Made by a program: the position numbers and the translations under genes. A stretch of 64,000 bases of DNA from the NCBI GenBank assembly GCA_963713825.1, contig CAVQNG010000025.1, forward strand, positions 288,001 through 352,000, read 5' to 3'. The stretch is from an uncultured Acidobacteriota bacterium. GTDB taxonomy: Bacteria > Acidobacteriota > Thermoanaerobaculia > Multivoradales > JAHEKO01. Below the pieces are notes generated by a model. That model was not told the DNA's origin, did not search any database, and saw nothing but the letters and a program-made list of their open reading frames with translations. Shown piece by piece: positions 9,775 to 19,452 of this stretch (positions are counted from its first letter, which is position 1; the number at the start of each line of letters is the position of its first letter).

Positions 9775-10542
9775 TCAACGGGGCCGTTTCGGGCTCAGTC
9801 TGCCGTGCCAGGCAGAAAGCCAGTAGTACAGCCCGGACAGCTTACGAGCGAAGCGTGCCTCGGAGTCGCCCGGGAAGACCATCATTCTGGGTAGAGCAAA
9901 GAGGTCTGTGGTCGGCGGCTCGCCTGCATAGGCTGCGCGGTAGCCCGCTTCGGAGACAGCTCGGCGCGCCTCCGAGTCGTGATGGGCGAATGGATAACAG
10001 AAGTCCAGGACCGGGCGATCCAGAACCTCCTCCAGGCGCTGCTTCGAGCGCCCGGCTTCCGCGCTGACAGTCTCGAAGGTGGCAGTGGTCAGATCCTGAT
10101 GGGTCAACGAATGAGAGCCGACCTCCTGGCCTGCTTCGATCCAGCTCCTCAGGCCCTCTTCGTCTACGATCCGCCCTTCGGAGGCGGCTACCGAGGACTC
10201 CTCCTCGGAGCTCAAGCTGACGCGCTCACCGAGGAGTCCAGCCGGAACGAAGACCGTGCTCAGCATGTCGTGCCTCTGCAGCAAAGGGGCCGCCCTCTCC
10301 AGAGTCTCGGCAAAGGCGTCGTCGAAGGTGATCAGAACCGACTTTCCGGGAGAGCTCCCGAGGCGAAAGCACTCGTAGGCTTCGTTCAGCGAGAGAGTTC
10401 GATAACCACGAGTCCGAATCCACTCCAGGTGACGAATGAAGGTCTCTTCCGCGACCCAGAGCTGGGGATCACCTCCCGGACAGGGTCCGAGCCGGTGATA
10501 CATCAGGACCGGTAGGATTCGCTTCGGCAGCCAACCTGTCAT
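9775..10542 (-). CDS. Polysaccharide deacetylase (CE4/NodB-like)
   Basis: 'PVLMYH', 'ITFDDA', 'GSHSLTH', 'FCYPF', 'LPR'. Confidence 0.9.
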   Translation of the reverse strand: MTGWLPKRILPVLMYHRLGPCPGGDPQLWVAEETFIRHLEWIRTRGYRTLSLNEAYECFRLGSSPGKSVLITFDDAFAETLERAAPLLQRHDMLSTVFVPAGLLGERVSLSSEEESSVAASEGRIVDEEGLRSWIEAGQEVGSHSLTHQDLTTATFETVSAEAGRSKQRLEEVLDRPVLDFCYPFAHHDSEARRAVSEAGYRAAYAGEPPTTDLFALPRMMVFPGDSEARFARKLSGLYYWLSAWHGRLSPKRPR

Positions 10543-11651
10543 GGTCGCCTCCTGCTCAGCTCGCAGAGCAGATCGCCCAGCTTCTCGGCGGACTCCTCCA
10601 CCGAATGCGAGAGCGCCTGTTGGCGGGGTCGATCACTCCATGACTGGACCAGGGCGCGCTCGATCGCGTCAGAGAAGCTCTGGGAGTCGGGCTCATCGAC
10701 TAGGATGCCTGCATCGCCGATCAACTCTCGACGGGCGGCATCGGCGGTGGCGACCACCGGTTTGTTGCAGGCCATCGCTTCCAAGGCTGCCAGAGGGCCC
10801 GCTTCGCGAGGCGATGGTGCCAGGAGGATGTCTGCGGCAGAGTAGAGGCCGGGCATCGCGGTCCGGTCGAGGACGAGGCGTCGGTAGCGATCGGGGCCAA
10901 GCCGATCGTGGGCCAGTGAGTCCATCGAAGGTGCGAGGGGGCCGTCGCCGGCCAGGACGAGGGATCCTCGGGTTCCGGCTACCGCCTCGATGGCGAGGTC
11001 TGGAGCTTTCTCCGGCGACAGGGCGCCTACAACGAGTACTACGGGAGACGGAAGACCGACAGGATAGGGTTCCGCATCCGGCCGGAAGAGGTCGCAATCG
11101 ACTCCCTGTCGTATGACCTCGACCCGAAGGCCGGGTACCTCGGCGCGAATCTGTGCGGCGAAGCTGTCACTCTGAGCCACGAAGATATCGGGTCGCCGGC
11201 GAGCGAACGGCACCTCCCACCCCAGTTGATTGCTGTGCGCCACGTCGAGCAGTCGGACGCCGGTGAGCTTGCGAAGCGCGGCGAGAAGGTGGCCTCCCCA
11301 GAGGCCTGTTTCGTGCCAGATGACGTCGAAACGACCCCGAATCAACGAGGGAAGCGAGGCCAGGAGGTGGCTCGTCCACTCCATGTGGATCGGTTCCAGA
11401 TAGAGCGTATCCAGGATCTTGCGCCCCGAACGAGTCGCGAGATACGTTGCCTCGATGGCTGAGCGGGAGAGGCCCGGCCTGGCAATTCCCCCCGGGCCCT
11501 CGCCCGACCGGGAGTAGACATGGAGATCGAGGCGATCCTCGAGGCGCGGAAGCCACTGGGAAAGGAGAGCCTCGGCGCCCCGCTGCACCTCACCATAGCC
11601 GGAGAGGATGACGGCCACCTTGGGCCTGGCTGGATCGCTCTGAGCTGTCAT
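10539..11651 (-). CDS. Glycosyltransferase family 4
   Basis: 'GVDCDLF', 'VGALSPEK', E-x7-E 'EAGPLAALEAMAC'; ATGA overlaps with both neighbours. Confidence 0.88.
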   Translation of the reverse strand: MTAQSDPARPKVAVILSGYGEVQRGAEALLSQWLPRLEDRLDLHVYSRSGEGPGGIARPGLSRSAIEATYLATRSGRKILDTLYLEPIHMEWTSHLLASLPSLIRGRFDVIWHETGLWGGHLLAALRKLTGVRLLDVAHSNQLGWEVPFARRRPDIFVAQSDSFAAQIRAEVPGLRVEVIRQGVDCDLFRPDAEPYPVGLPSPVVLVVGALSPEKAPDLAIEAVAGTRGSLVLAGDGPLAPSMDSLAHDRLGPDRYRRLVLDRTAMPGLYSAADILLAPSPREAGPLAALEAMACNKPVVATADAARRELIGDAGILVDEPDSQSFSDAIERALVQSWSDRPRQQALSHSVEESAEKLGDLLCELSRRRP

Positions 11652-13081
11652 GGTGAGGGGAGATCAGAGATTTCCGCAGCGGTATCTTTGTCCAGGAAGA
11701 ACGCACGGAAGGGTTTGGCAAAGCGAGACAGCATCAATCCACCGACGAGGGCCGCTCCCAGGACGGAGGCGGCGAATCGCTCCCAACTGGCTGCCGGGAA
11801 GAAGGTGGCAATGGCGAGGAAGAACGGCAGCGGCAGGAGATAGGTGATCAGTAGATCGCCGACCAGCCGCCAGAACTCGGGTCCGCAGATTCGGTAGACC
11901 CGCCACGCCATGATCAGGTGACCCAGCATCAGGTAGTGAGCCCACGCCATCCCCGCCGGCCCCATGCGCTGAGCGAGAAACCAGCCGAAGCCGACTAGCG
12001 ATGCGAGATTCACCAGCACGATCAGCAACCAGACCCGATCTTCGCGGTAGGCCTTCAGCATTTCACCACCGAGTCGATTGAAGGGATCGACCAGAGGCAG
12101 AAAGCACAGGATGCGGAGAAGGTGTACGGCCGGCTCCCAGTTGGGTCCCAGAAGGATCTTGAGCAGCACGATCTCCGCGTTGAAGAACAGGAAGTAGGCC
12201 AGCAACACCTCGATCGAGAGAATCGCCACGGTGCCGAGGCGAAAGGCGCCGACGAAGCGAGTCCGATTCGAGCGATAGGCCACCAGGGCTGGATAGATCA
12301 CCCTGCCGAGGGCCGGGATGAGAAGAATCTGAGCGCGAAAGGCCCACAGGAAGGCCTTCTCGAACTGGCCCACCATGGAAGTCGTGTCCACCATCTCGAC
12401 GATGTAGCGGCCGACGAAGGGGGTCGTGTTGGCCACCAGAGCAATGACGAAGAGTAGGCTACTTCGCTGTAGCAGACCGGGTATCAACCGCGGGTCGGCT
12501 TTGAGCGAGAACGCACCTGCCGCTCTCGCCCAGAGCAGGATCACGTACAGGGTGGCGGCCAGGAGCTCGCCGAGAACGAAGCTCCAGACGCCGAAGCCGG
12601 CAGCCGCCAGCGAGATGGAGATCACGGCGAAGGTCAGGCCGCGGAGGATCTCGGGCCAGACGAGCTTGGAAACCTGTAGTTGGCGCTCGAAGTAGACCCG
12701 GGGCACCACCGCTGCCGCCTCGATCAGGACCCAGAGGGCGAGGACGCGAAGCACCTGGGGGAGGGCAGGGTCAAGGTTACCGAAAAGGGGTGCCGCAGCG
12801 ATGAGTAAGGCTGTGACGAAGGCGCCCGAAACCAGCTCCCAGAGCATCACGGTGCCATAGGGGTGCTTGGGATCGCGGACCAGCTCGTAGGGCAGCCCGA
12901 GGTCCCGGACAAAGCCCGCTATCACCACCGTGGACCAGGCGAGGGCGAAGAGACCGTGGCTTTCCGGGAGGACCAGACGAGCCAGGGTCAAATCGGCAAT
13001 CAGTCGCAGGAGGGTTCGCGCGACCTGGCTACCGCCGGCCGCGAGAATTGAGTCCAGAAACCGCTTTTCGGTCGATTCCAT
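11648..13081 (-). CDS. Oligosaccharide flippase (Wzx/PST family)
   Basis: About 12 TM segments; 'LARLVLPESHGLFA', 'DLGL', 'LLGPNWEPAV'; lies between GT genes. Confidence 0.85.
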   Translation of the reverse strand: MESTEKRFLDSILAAGGSQVARTLLRLIADLTLARLVLPESHGLFALAWSTVVIAGFVRDLGLPYELVRDPKHPYGTVMLWELVSGAFVTALLIAAAPLFGNLDPALPQVLRVLALWVLIEAAAVVPRVYFERQLQVSKLVWPEILRGLTFAVISISLAAAGFGVWSFVLGELLAATLYVILLWARAAGAFSLKADPRLIPGLLQRSSLLFVIALVANTTPFVGRYIVEMVDTTSMVGQFEKAFLWAFRAQILLIPALGRVIYPALVAYRSNRTRFVGAFRLGTVAILSIEVLLAYFLFFNAEIVLLKILLGPNWEPAVHLLRILCFLPLVDPFNRLGGEMLKAYREDRVWLLIVLVNLASLVGFGWFLAQRMGPAGMAWAHYLMLGHLIMAWRVYRICGPEFWRLVGDLLITYLLPLPFFLAIATFFPAASWERFAASVLGAALVGGLMLSRFAKPFRAFFLDKDTAAEISDLPSP

Positions 13082-13087
13082 GCTTCC

Positions 13088-13963
13088 TTACTGGTCTTGC
13101 CAGTTTTCTAGAATCGACTTGTACCAGGCGGACTTGAACGTCACGACCCCCGGGAAGGCTCTCCATGCAGTCAGAAGAGTGGGGTGTCTGCGATAGATCT
13201 GAATCGCCGAGACAACCGACTTGATAGGCCGGGTGAGGGCCAGGCGTCGGCGAGTGCGCCATGTTGGTCCGCCATCGAAGACCCCGGGGTGCCGCCTGCG
13301 AAAGTCGTTGAAGTTCCGTCCGTACCAGTCGGCGTGAGCCACGACACCCTGGCGATCGCGACGAATCGCGGCGTGGTGCACGATGGCCCTTGGCTCGAAC
13401 CGCAGGGCCAGACCGGCCTCTCGGGCGCGCAGCACCCAATCGAAGTCCTCGCTGGTCGCGAGGCCCTCGTCGAAAGGACCGACCTCCTGCCAGGCCTTGG
13501 CCGTCACCGCGAGATTCAGGCTACCGAGTGGGCCGTCCGTAGTGTCGGAATCGGGTCGATCGGCAAGCAGTTCGTTGAAGGAGGCGATGTTGTCGGCAAC
13601 GGCCCACAGATTGCCCCCGAGGTCGAACTGAACGCTACCTCCCGCCACTGGAGAGCGCTCCAACGCTTGCAGGAGGAGGTTCGCCCAGCCCGGCTTGGGC
13701 AGACAGTCCGCGTCGGTGAATAGGTACCGGTCGGTCGCCGCCGCTGCCACCCCCAGATTGCGAGCGGCTCCAGGCGAAACGGGCTCGTCGGTGGCGAGGA
13801 AGCGCACCTCTTCACGCCGAGGCACCAGGCCCCCTTCATCGCGGCCAACGACGAGGATCTCGAGCTCGCCGTCGGCCACTTTCTGCGCAGCTACAGCCTG
13901 CACGGTGTCCCCGACGAGGGGACAGTCGAGATTGGGGATGATGACGGAAGCCCGAAGGTTCAT
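13088..13963 (-). CDS. Glycosyltransferase family 2
   Basis: 'SVIIPN', 'GAARNLG', 'FTDADC', 'SEDFDW'. Confidence 0.88.
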   Translation of the reverse strand: MNLRASVIIPNLDCPLVGDTVQAVAAQKVADGELEILVVGRDEGGLVPRREEVRFLATDEPVSPGAARNLGVAAAATDRYLFTDADCLPKPGWANLLLQALERSPVAGGSVQFDLGGNLWAVADNIASFNELLADRPDSDTTDGPLGSLNLAVTAKAWQEVGPFDEGLATSEDFDWVLRAREAGLALRFEPRAIVHHAAIRRDRQGVVAHADWYGRNFNDFRRRHPGVFDGGPTWRTRRRLALTRPIKSVVSAIQIYRRHPTLLTAWRAFPGVVTFKSAWYKSILENWQDQ

Positions 13964-14066
13964 GGACGGGTAGCTGCTTCTGTTCGGCTTCTCGCCGCTC
14001 CCAGGCTGGCAAAGGCCTCGGATTCGGTAAAGAGCGCGGCTGGAGTCGACGGGCGCATGATAGCAG

Positions 14067-16577
14067 TCAGCGCTGTCGAATCTCGTTCACGAGGTAGAGC
14101 AGCGGAAGGTCGGACCTCGGCGGCAGGGTTTCAGACAGGAAGAGGCTGTCGAGCTGTGGGTTGTCCTGGAACCTCTCGACCTGGAGCCGGTCAACCCCAG
14201 TGCTGCTGGCAGCGAGGGATGGGACCTTCTCGCCGTCCTGAATCACCCACTGCGCCACCCGCAGGAGTGGATGCTCGTAGGTGCCCTTCAGTACGTCGAC
14301 GACGCGGTACTCGCAGACCGCGAGCGCTTCACGATAGGGGGCAATCTCCTGCAGGGTCGGTACCTTCGAGCAGGCTTCTCTTTCGACGGCCAGAGTCCAT
14401 TGCGGCACCTCCTCGCGGTTTTCCAGAACGCGGCGATAGTGGGCGGCGTTCTCGCGGATCTCGTCGGGTGGAAGGGCGCGGTTGTAGATCGTGACTCCTT
14501 CGACAGTCCCGTGCCACGACGATCGCCCCCGAGCGTCGCCTCCGATGGTCACCGGCAGTGATTGCCAGTGAAAGAAACCTCCCTGGATCTCACTTGTCGT
14601 GGAGACTTCCTCCCCGTCCAGAAAGGCGGTCAGGCGCCCAGCAGAGTAGGTGATACCAATGTGGGAGCTGCGGTTGGGAGGCAAGGTCATGACCCTCACT
14701 TCCGGAGCCGCCTCCTCACCTCGGCTCTTGACCCTGATGGCGATCAGCAGGTCATTGCCCTGTTGGGAAAGGGCGAAGTTTGTCGCCCCCTGGGCCATAC
14801 CCAGGATCACCCCTCGTCTTCGCTGATTCGGTTGGGGTTCGAGGACCGCTTCGATGGTGAGCTCGTAGGTAGATTGGCAGGCCCAGCGAATTCGATTCGC
14901 AATCTCCTTCGAGCTCGTAAACCGTCCGCCATCGGGCCGCAGGGCCCAGTTGTGGTCGAGACGGGCTCGGCCGTGGGCCTGGAGGACGACAGCTTCCTCC
15001 CCGCCCGTAGCCTCGTCGAAAACCAGGTTGGGGGCGTTGCCGGACTCCCATAGGAAGACCAGGCCCGCTCGATTGGTTGGCCATGAGGCCGGGATCAGCT
15101 CGAGAGAGGCAGGCGGCATGGGGTTGGGCTGTGCCGCTCGATCACGAACGCCCTCGACGAGCAATTCGTCCATGGCCAGCAGAGGTTGATCCAGATAGAG
15201 GTGCAACTCCATCTCGTCGTCGAGCTGCCTGGCTGATTGAACGGTGATTCCCGACGTCAATCTCCAAGTCGCTCCTGCGGCATCGATCGGCTCGTCGAAG
15301 CGGAGAGTCACCTCGCTTCCCGAGTAGGACACCCGGTGGGAGGTGATGTGGGGTGGGTGCGGTTCTTCCACGACTACGCGGCCCAACAGCTGCAGCCGGT
15401 CGTCGGAAGCCGCGATTCGAAAGTGCCCGGGTCGCTCGAACGTGTGCTCCCCAGTCTCGCCCTCGCTCTCGGCACCGTCGCCCCAACTCCATCGGTAGGT
15501 GCTCCGGTCGCCGGGTGGGGTCAGTCGCACCGTCAAGGGAGCTTCACCTGTATGGAGTCCCAATCCCAATCGCTCCAGATAGACATCGGGGTAGCGATCC
15601 GTGCTGGGATGGTTCGTGATTCGAACCGGCGCTCCAAGGATCTCTATCGATCCTGGATCGGTCGGGGCAAGAAAGATCTCGTAGTCGGCGTCGAAATGAG
15701 GGTGCTCGTCTCGCGACGCTGCGAAAGCCATGGCTCTGTTGTCTGAAGAGACCATCGGGAAATAGAGATACCCGAAGTCCTTCGGCAGGAGCGGATCGCT
15801 CTTCTTCAACAGTGTTTCGACGTCACCGGTCGCCAGCTCTATCTTGTGAATGGGCCCACCTGGTGCCGCGACCCAGAAGCCCCACCTTCCGTCGTGAGTG
15901 AAATAGGGTTGACACCCACCGACCGGAGAGCGCTCGAGGACCCGTCGTCGCCTCTTGTCGAAGGGTGCGAACGAGACCCGACCCGAAGTCGCAAATTTCA
16001 GCTGGCTATCGATAAGCCACGGGTAGTCCTCGGTGGGTGCTTCGGTGAGTGTGGTGACAGCGCCAGATCCCAGATCCAGCAGGGCGGTTCGCTGATCTGC
16101 GTCGATGAAGACCAACTCCTCTGCAGACCTCCATACGATAGCCCGATTCTCATAGTAGTTGCGGGCGTCGGGAAGAAGGAGCTCGTCGCCGGTGCCGTCG
16201 GGTCGGATGCGGCGCAATGCACCATGGGCGCCACCCTGCGGGTAGCCTTGTTGGTCGGCCGCCAGACTCAGGTAGGCAATCCAGCGACCGTCTGGAGAGA
16301 TATGTGGGCAGCAGTGTAGCAGCGGCCCTTTGTCGTGGGTCAGCTGTCGTGGAGGCGAGCCGTCGAGGTCGCGCGACCACAGACGCCAGTTGCCAGTTCG
16401 GTTCGACTCCCAGACCACGAAGCCGTCGCCAAGCATGGCTCTCGAGCTATCCGTCTTCTGTTCCCCGTTGACCTCAGGAGTCTCGACGGTGGGTGCGGAG
16501 AGCTCCGACTGGCAGGCGGAAGCCGTGAGGGCCACAATCAGAGTGGCCAGGATCACTGCGCTCAGCCTCATGTCCAT
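14067..16577 (-). CDS. Multidomain lipoprotein: TolB/PD40 beta-propeller + PKD + Ig-like + LamG/concanavalin-like domain
   Basis: Lipobox-like 'LTASAC'; PD40 'ISPDGRWIAY' and 'SSDNRAMAF'; PKD 'WSWGDG...HTFERPG'; LamG 'HIGITYSAGRLTAFLDG...IYNRAL'. Confidence 0.75.
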   Translation of the reverse strand: MDMRLSAVILATLIVALTASACQSELSAPTVETPEVNGEQKTDSSRAMLGDGFVVWESNRTGNWRLWSRDLDGSPPRQLTHDKGPLLHCCPHISPDGRWIAYLSLAADQQGYPQGGAHGALRRIRPDGTGDELLLPDARNYYENRAIVWRSAEELVFIDADQRTALLDLGSGAVTTLTEAPTEDYPWLIDSQLKFATSGRVSFAPFDKRRRRVLERSPVGGCQPYFTHDGRWGFWVAAPGGPIHKIELATGDVETLLKKSDPLLPKDFGYLYFPMVSSDNRAMAFAASRDEHPHFDADYEIFLAPTDPGSIEILGAPVRITNHPSTDRYPDVYLERLGLGLHTGEAPLTVRLTPPGDRSTYRWSWGDGAESEGETGEHTFERPGHFRIAASDDRLQLLGRVVVEEPHPPHITSHRVSYSGSEVTLRFDEPIDAAGATWRLTSGITVQSARQLDDEMELHLYLDQPLLAMDELLVEGVRDRAAQPNPMPPASLELIPASWPTNRAGLVFLWESGNAPNLVFDEATGGEEAVVLQAHGRARLDHNWALRPDGGRFTSSKEIANRIRWACQSTYELTIEAVLEPQPNQRRRGVILGMAQGATNFALSQQGNDLLIAIRVKSRGEEAAPEVRVMTLPPNRSSHIGITYSAGRLTAFLDGEEVSTTSEIQGGFFHWQSLPVTIGGDARGRSSWHGTVEGVTIYNRALPPDEIRENAAHYRRVLENREEVPQWTLAVEREACSKVPTLQEIAPYREALAVCEYRVVDVLKGTYEHPLLRVAQWVIQDGEKVPSLAASSTGVDRLQVERFQDNPQLDSLFLSETLPPRSDLPLLYLVNEIRQR

Positions 16578-16669
16578 CACCTGCAGTCTAGCCCGAATGC
16601 CCCGCCCCGGAGAGTGTGGTGCCTGGTTCAATGGCGGGAGTTCTTTGAGGGCTTGGGGCTGAGACGGCC

Positions 16670-16746
16670 GATCGGACCAGGGATCTCCCTCGTCTGCGGC
16701 CTCACCCGACCATGCCCCTCCGACGAGGGAGACCCATGGCCCGATC
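16670..16746. repeat. Imperfect 25-bp inverted repeat (REP-like hairpin)
   Basis: Left arm 16670-16694 gatcggaccagggatctccctcgtc versus reverse complement of 16722-16746 gatcgggccatgggtctccctcgtc: 22/25 match, 27-nt loop. Confidence 0.7.
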
Positions 16747-17015
16747 TACCACCTTCGACACACATCAAGAATCGGATTGCTGGCTCGGCCCCCTACGCCC
16801 CTGCGCCCTTATTGCCTTTAACGGTGCCAGAGGTTCGGTCGGGTGGTTCGACAGGGGGGCTCTCGACAAGCGCAGCGCAAGAGCCGTCGCAGTGCACGAT
16901 AGATCCGGCGCGCCGGGGAGCGCAGGTGGCGGCCTGTCCGTCAAAGTCTGAGTAGCCGACGCCGTCCCCCTGCGGACCACCTGGACGGACCTCCCCACGT
17001 CGACGGTTGTCAGTT

Positions 17016-17043
17016 CAGGACCCAGGACCCAGGACCCAAGCCC
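17016..17043. repeat. Heptamer tandem repeat (CAGGACC)x3 + CAAGCCC
   Basis: Read directly in the intergenic region upstream of the first sulfatase-like gene. Confidence 0.75.
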
Positions 17044-17195
17044 CAAGGCACGCACGGCAAAGAGCCGGGTGCCTCAACCCCCAGGACGGGTGGGTGGGCA
17101 GGGGGGGCCTGTGTTATCGTCACGCCGTCCTGAAACGGCTGGTGCTTTCCTCTCGAGAGGGCGGGAGATCAGCCGCAAACAGTCACCCCAAATCC

Positions 17196-19430
17196 ATGCT
17201 CGGTTTCCGTCGCCTCCTGGCCCTCACCCTCGGCTTGCTGATCCTGACCACGGCCTGTGGTCACCAGGAGCCGATGGAGACGACCCATGATCTGATCGCA
17301 GATTTTCCGTCGGCCATAGGCTGGGGCGAAACGCGCCGGATCGATTTCGGCTCGGCCCGAGATCGACGCCACCTGGTGTCGGGCTGGTCTTTCGACGAGT
17401 GGGATCACCCGAAGAAATCGGCTTTCGTCTGGGGAATTGGAGCGGAGTCGGACCTCGAGTTCAGCGTGCTGAGCCCTCGTGATCTGATTTTGAGGGTCCG
17501 TTGCCGGCCGGCCCCCCAGGTGGAGGGCCAGCGGGTTGATGTCATTCTCAACGGCCGCCATCTGGACGGTTTTGGTCTGCGGGACCGGTTGGCTGTCTAC
17601 CAGGTCCAGGTGGACGGAGAGTGGCTGCGGCCTGGCGTCAACGAGTTGAGTTTCCGGTACGCTGACCACGGGGAAGCAGGTGAGCAATCGGGTCAGGATC
17701 AGAGGCCTCTGGCAGTCGCCTGGTACGAGCTGAGCTTGGATTCCGAGGTCCCGGTCGATCTCGGTGAGCCCGAAGTCATTGCAGAGGACACAGTCCTGTC
17801 ATTGCCGGTCGGGACCAGAGTCGATTACTACCTGCGATTGCCGCCAGACAGCGTTCTGGAAGTCCAGGGAGTCGACCTGTCCGGCGGCAAGACCGCCCAC
17901 GTCGAAGTGTCATTGCAGTTGGATGGTGAGGATGCAGCCCACATCGTTGGCAAGCTGAAGAGGTCGAATCGGTCGCAACGGCTGGCTTTGGAGGGTGACC
18001 GCTCGAGGGTGGTGCGGCTGACTCTCGGGGCGCCGTTGGCCGCTGATGGCTCCAACGGCGGAGCTTTGGTGTCGCTGCAGGGTCCGATCATTCGATCGCC
18101 GCAGAGCGGGGACTTGGGGGCTGAGGTCGGCGAGGGCGTGGCCGCCTCCGATGCAGAATCCCGACGCCCCAACATCCTGTTGTACGTGATGGACACCCTG
18201 CGGGCAGATCACCTCGGAGTCTACGGCTACTCGAGGCCGGTTTCGCCACAGATCGACGCTTTCGCTACCGAGGCTACGGTGTTCGACGACGCCGTGGCGC
18301 AGTCCTCGTGGACCCGAGCTTCGATGGCTTCGATCTTCACCGGCTTGTGGCCTCTGCAGCATGCGACCAACCGTCGCGGAGATGTCCTGGCGCCCGAAGC
18401 GCTTACGCTGGCGGAGCTGCTGAGCGCAGCTGGCTACCAGACGGTCGCCTTCGCGAAGAACCAGAACATCTTCCCCACGTTCGGGTTCTCGCAAGGCTTC
18501 GAAGACTTCAACGCCATGTGGACGAAGGGCAAGTCCCAGAAGATCAACGCGAAGGTGGAGAAGTGGTTGAAGACCTACGACGGTGATCGGCCGTTCTTCC
18601 TCTACTTACACGCGGTCGATCCGCACGTCCCATACGGACCTCCCGCGGGGTTCAAGTACCAGTTCGCCAAGAAGTCCAATGACGACCTGACGTTGAAACG
18701 ACCTCCAGGCCCGAAGATCTGGAAAGATCTGGAGACTGACCAGCAAGATCGCATTCTGGGGCATCTCTTGGATCTCTACGATGGCGAGATCGCCTACAAC
18801 GATTCCACTTTCGGCCAGCTCCTCGATCTGCTGCGCGAGGTCTCCGTCTACGAGGAAACTCTCATCATCCTGTTGTCGGATCATGGTGAGGAGTTTCAGG
18901 ATCATGGCAATTGGCAGCATGGCAGGAATCTCTTCGTCGAGAATCTCCATGTGCCGCTGCTGATGCGGTTCCCCGACAGGGGCCATGGAGTGCGGGTGGA
19001 GCGGCGAGTCCAGCACATCGATCTTCTTCCGACGCTGCTCGACTACCTCGGCCTCGGTGTGCCGGAGTTCCTCGAGGGAAGCTCGTTTCTGAGCTGGGTG
19101 ACCGATGCGGAGACACCTGTGAACGAGCCCCCCAGGCCGATCTATTCATTCCTGCACTTGGATGGTCTGCCCAACGTGAGTGTCATCGAGGGCGATTGGA
19201 AGCTGGTGCAGAACCTCAACAAGGGTGAGATTGCTTGGACGCATCTCTTCAACCTGGATGATGATCCGGGGGAGACCCGGAATCGAGCGTTGGAGAGACC
19301 GATCCTGACTTCATATCTGGCCAGTCTGATTGCCAGCCGGCGGGCTGAGGAAAGTCGGCTAACTGCCGGCGAGGCGGTTCTGGACGAGCGCATGGAAGAG
19401 GCTCTCAAGGCTCTCGGTTACATCAACTAG
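17196..19430 (+). CDS. Lipoprotein sulfatase-like hydrolase/transferase (alkaline phosphatase superfamily, Thr nucleophile) with N-terminal beta-sandwich domains
   Basis: Lipobox 'LTTAC'; 'PNILLYVMDTLRADHL', 'SSWTRASMASIFTG', 'DPHVPY', 'SDHGEEF', C-terminal 'LKALGY'. Confidence 0.85.
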   Translation: MLGFRRLLALTLGLLILTTACGHQEPMETTHDLIADFPSAIGWGETRRIDFGSARDRRHLVSGWSFDEWDHPKKSAFVWGIGAESDLEFSVLSPRDLILRVRCRPAPQVEGQRVDVILNGRHLDGFGLRDRLAVYQVQVDGEWLRPGVNELSFRYADHGEAGEQSGQDQRPLAVAWYELSLDSEVPVDLGEPEVIAEDTVLSLPVGTRVDYYLRLPPDSVLEVQGVDLSGGKTAHVEVSLQLDGEDAAHIVGKLKRSNRSQRLALEGDRSRVVRLTLGAPLAADGSNGGALVSLQGPIIRSPQSGDLGAEVGEGVAASDAESRRPNILLYVMDTLRADHLGVYGYSRPVSPQIDAFATEATVFDDAVAQSSWTRASMASIFTGLWPLQHATNRRGDVLAPEALTLAELLSAAGYQTVAFAKNQNIFPTFGFSQGFEDFNAMWTKGKSQKINAKVEKWLKTYDGDRPFFLYLHAVDPHVPYGPPAGFKYQFAKKSNDDLTLKRPPGPKIWKDLETDQQDRILGHLLDLYDGEIAYNDSTFGQLLDLLREVSVYEETLIILLSDHGEEFQDHGNWQHGRNLFVENLHVPLLMRFPDRGHGVRVERRVQHIDLLPTLLDYLGLGVPEFLEGSSFLSWVTDAETPVNEPPRPIYSFLHLDGLPNVSVIEGDWKLVQNLNKGEIAWTHLFNLDDDPGETRNRALERPILTSYLASLIASRRAEESRLTAGEAVLDERMEEALKALGYIN

Positions 19431-19452
19431 GCTAGACTCCTTGACTGACGCA

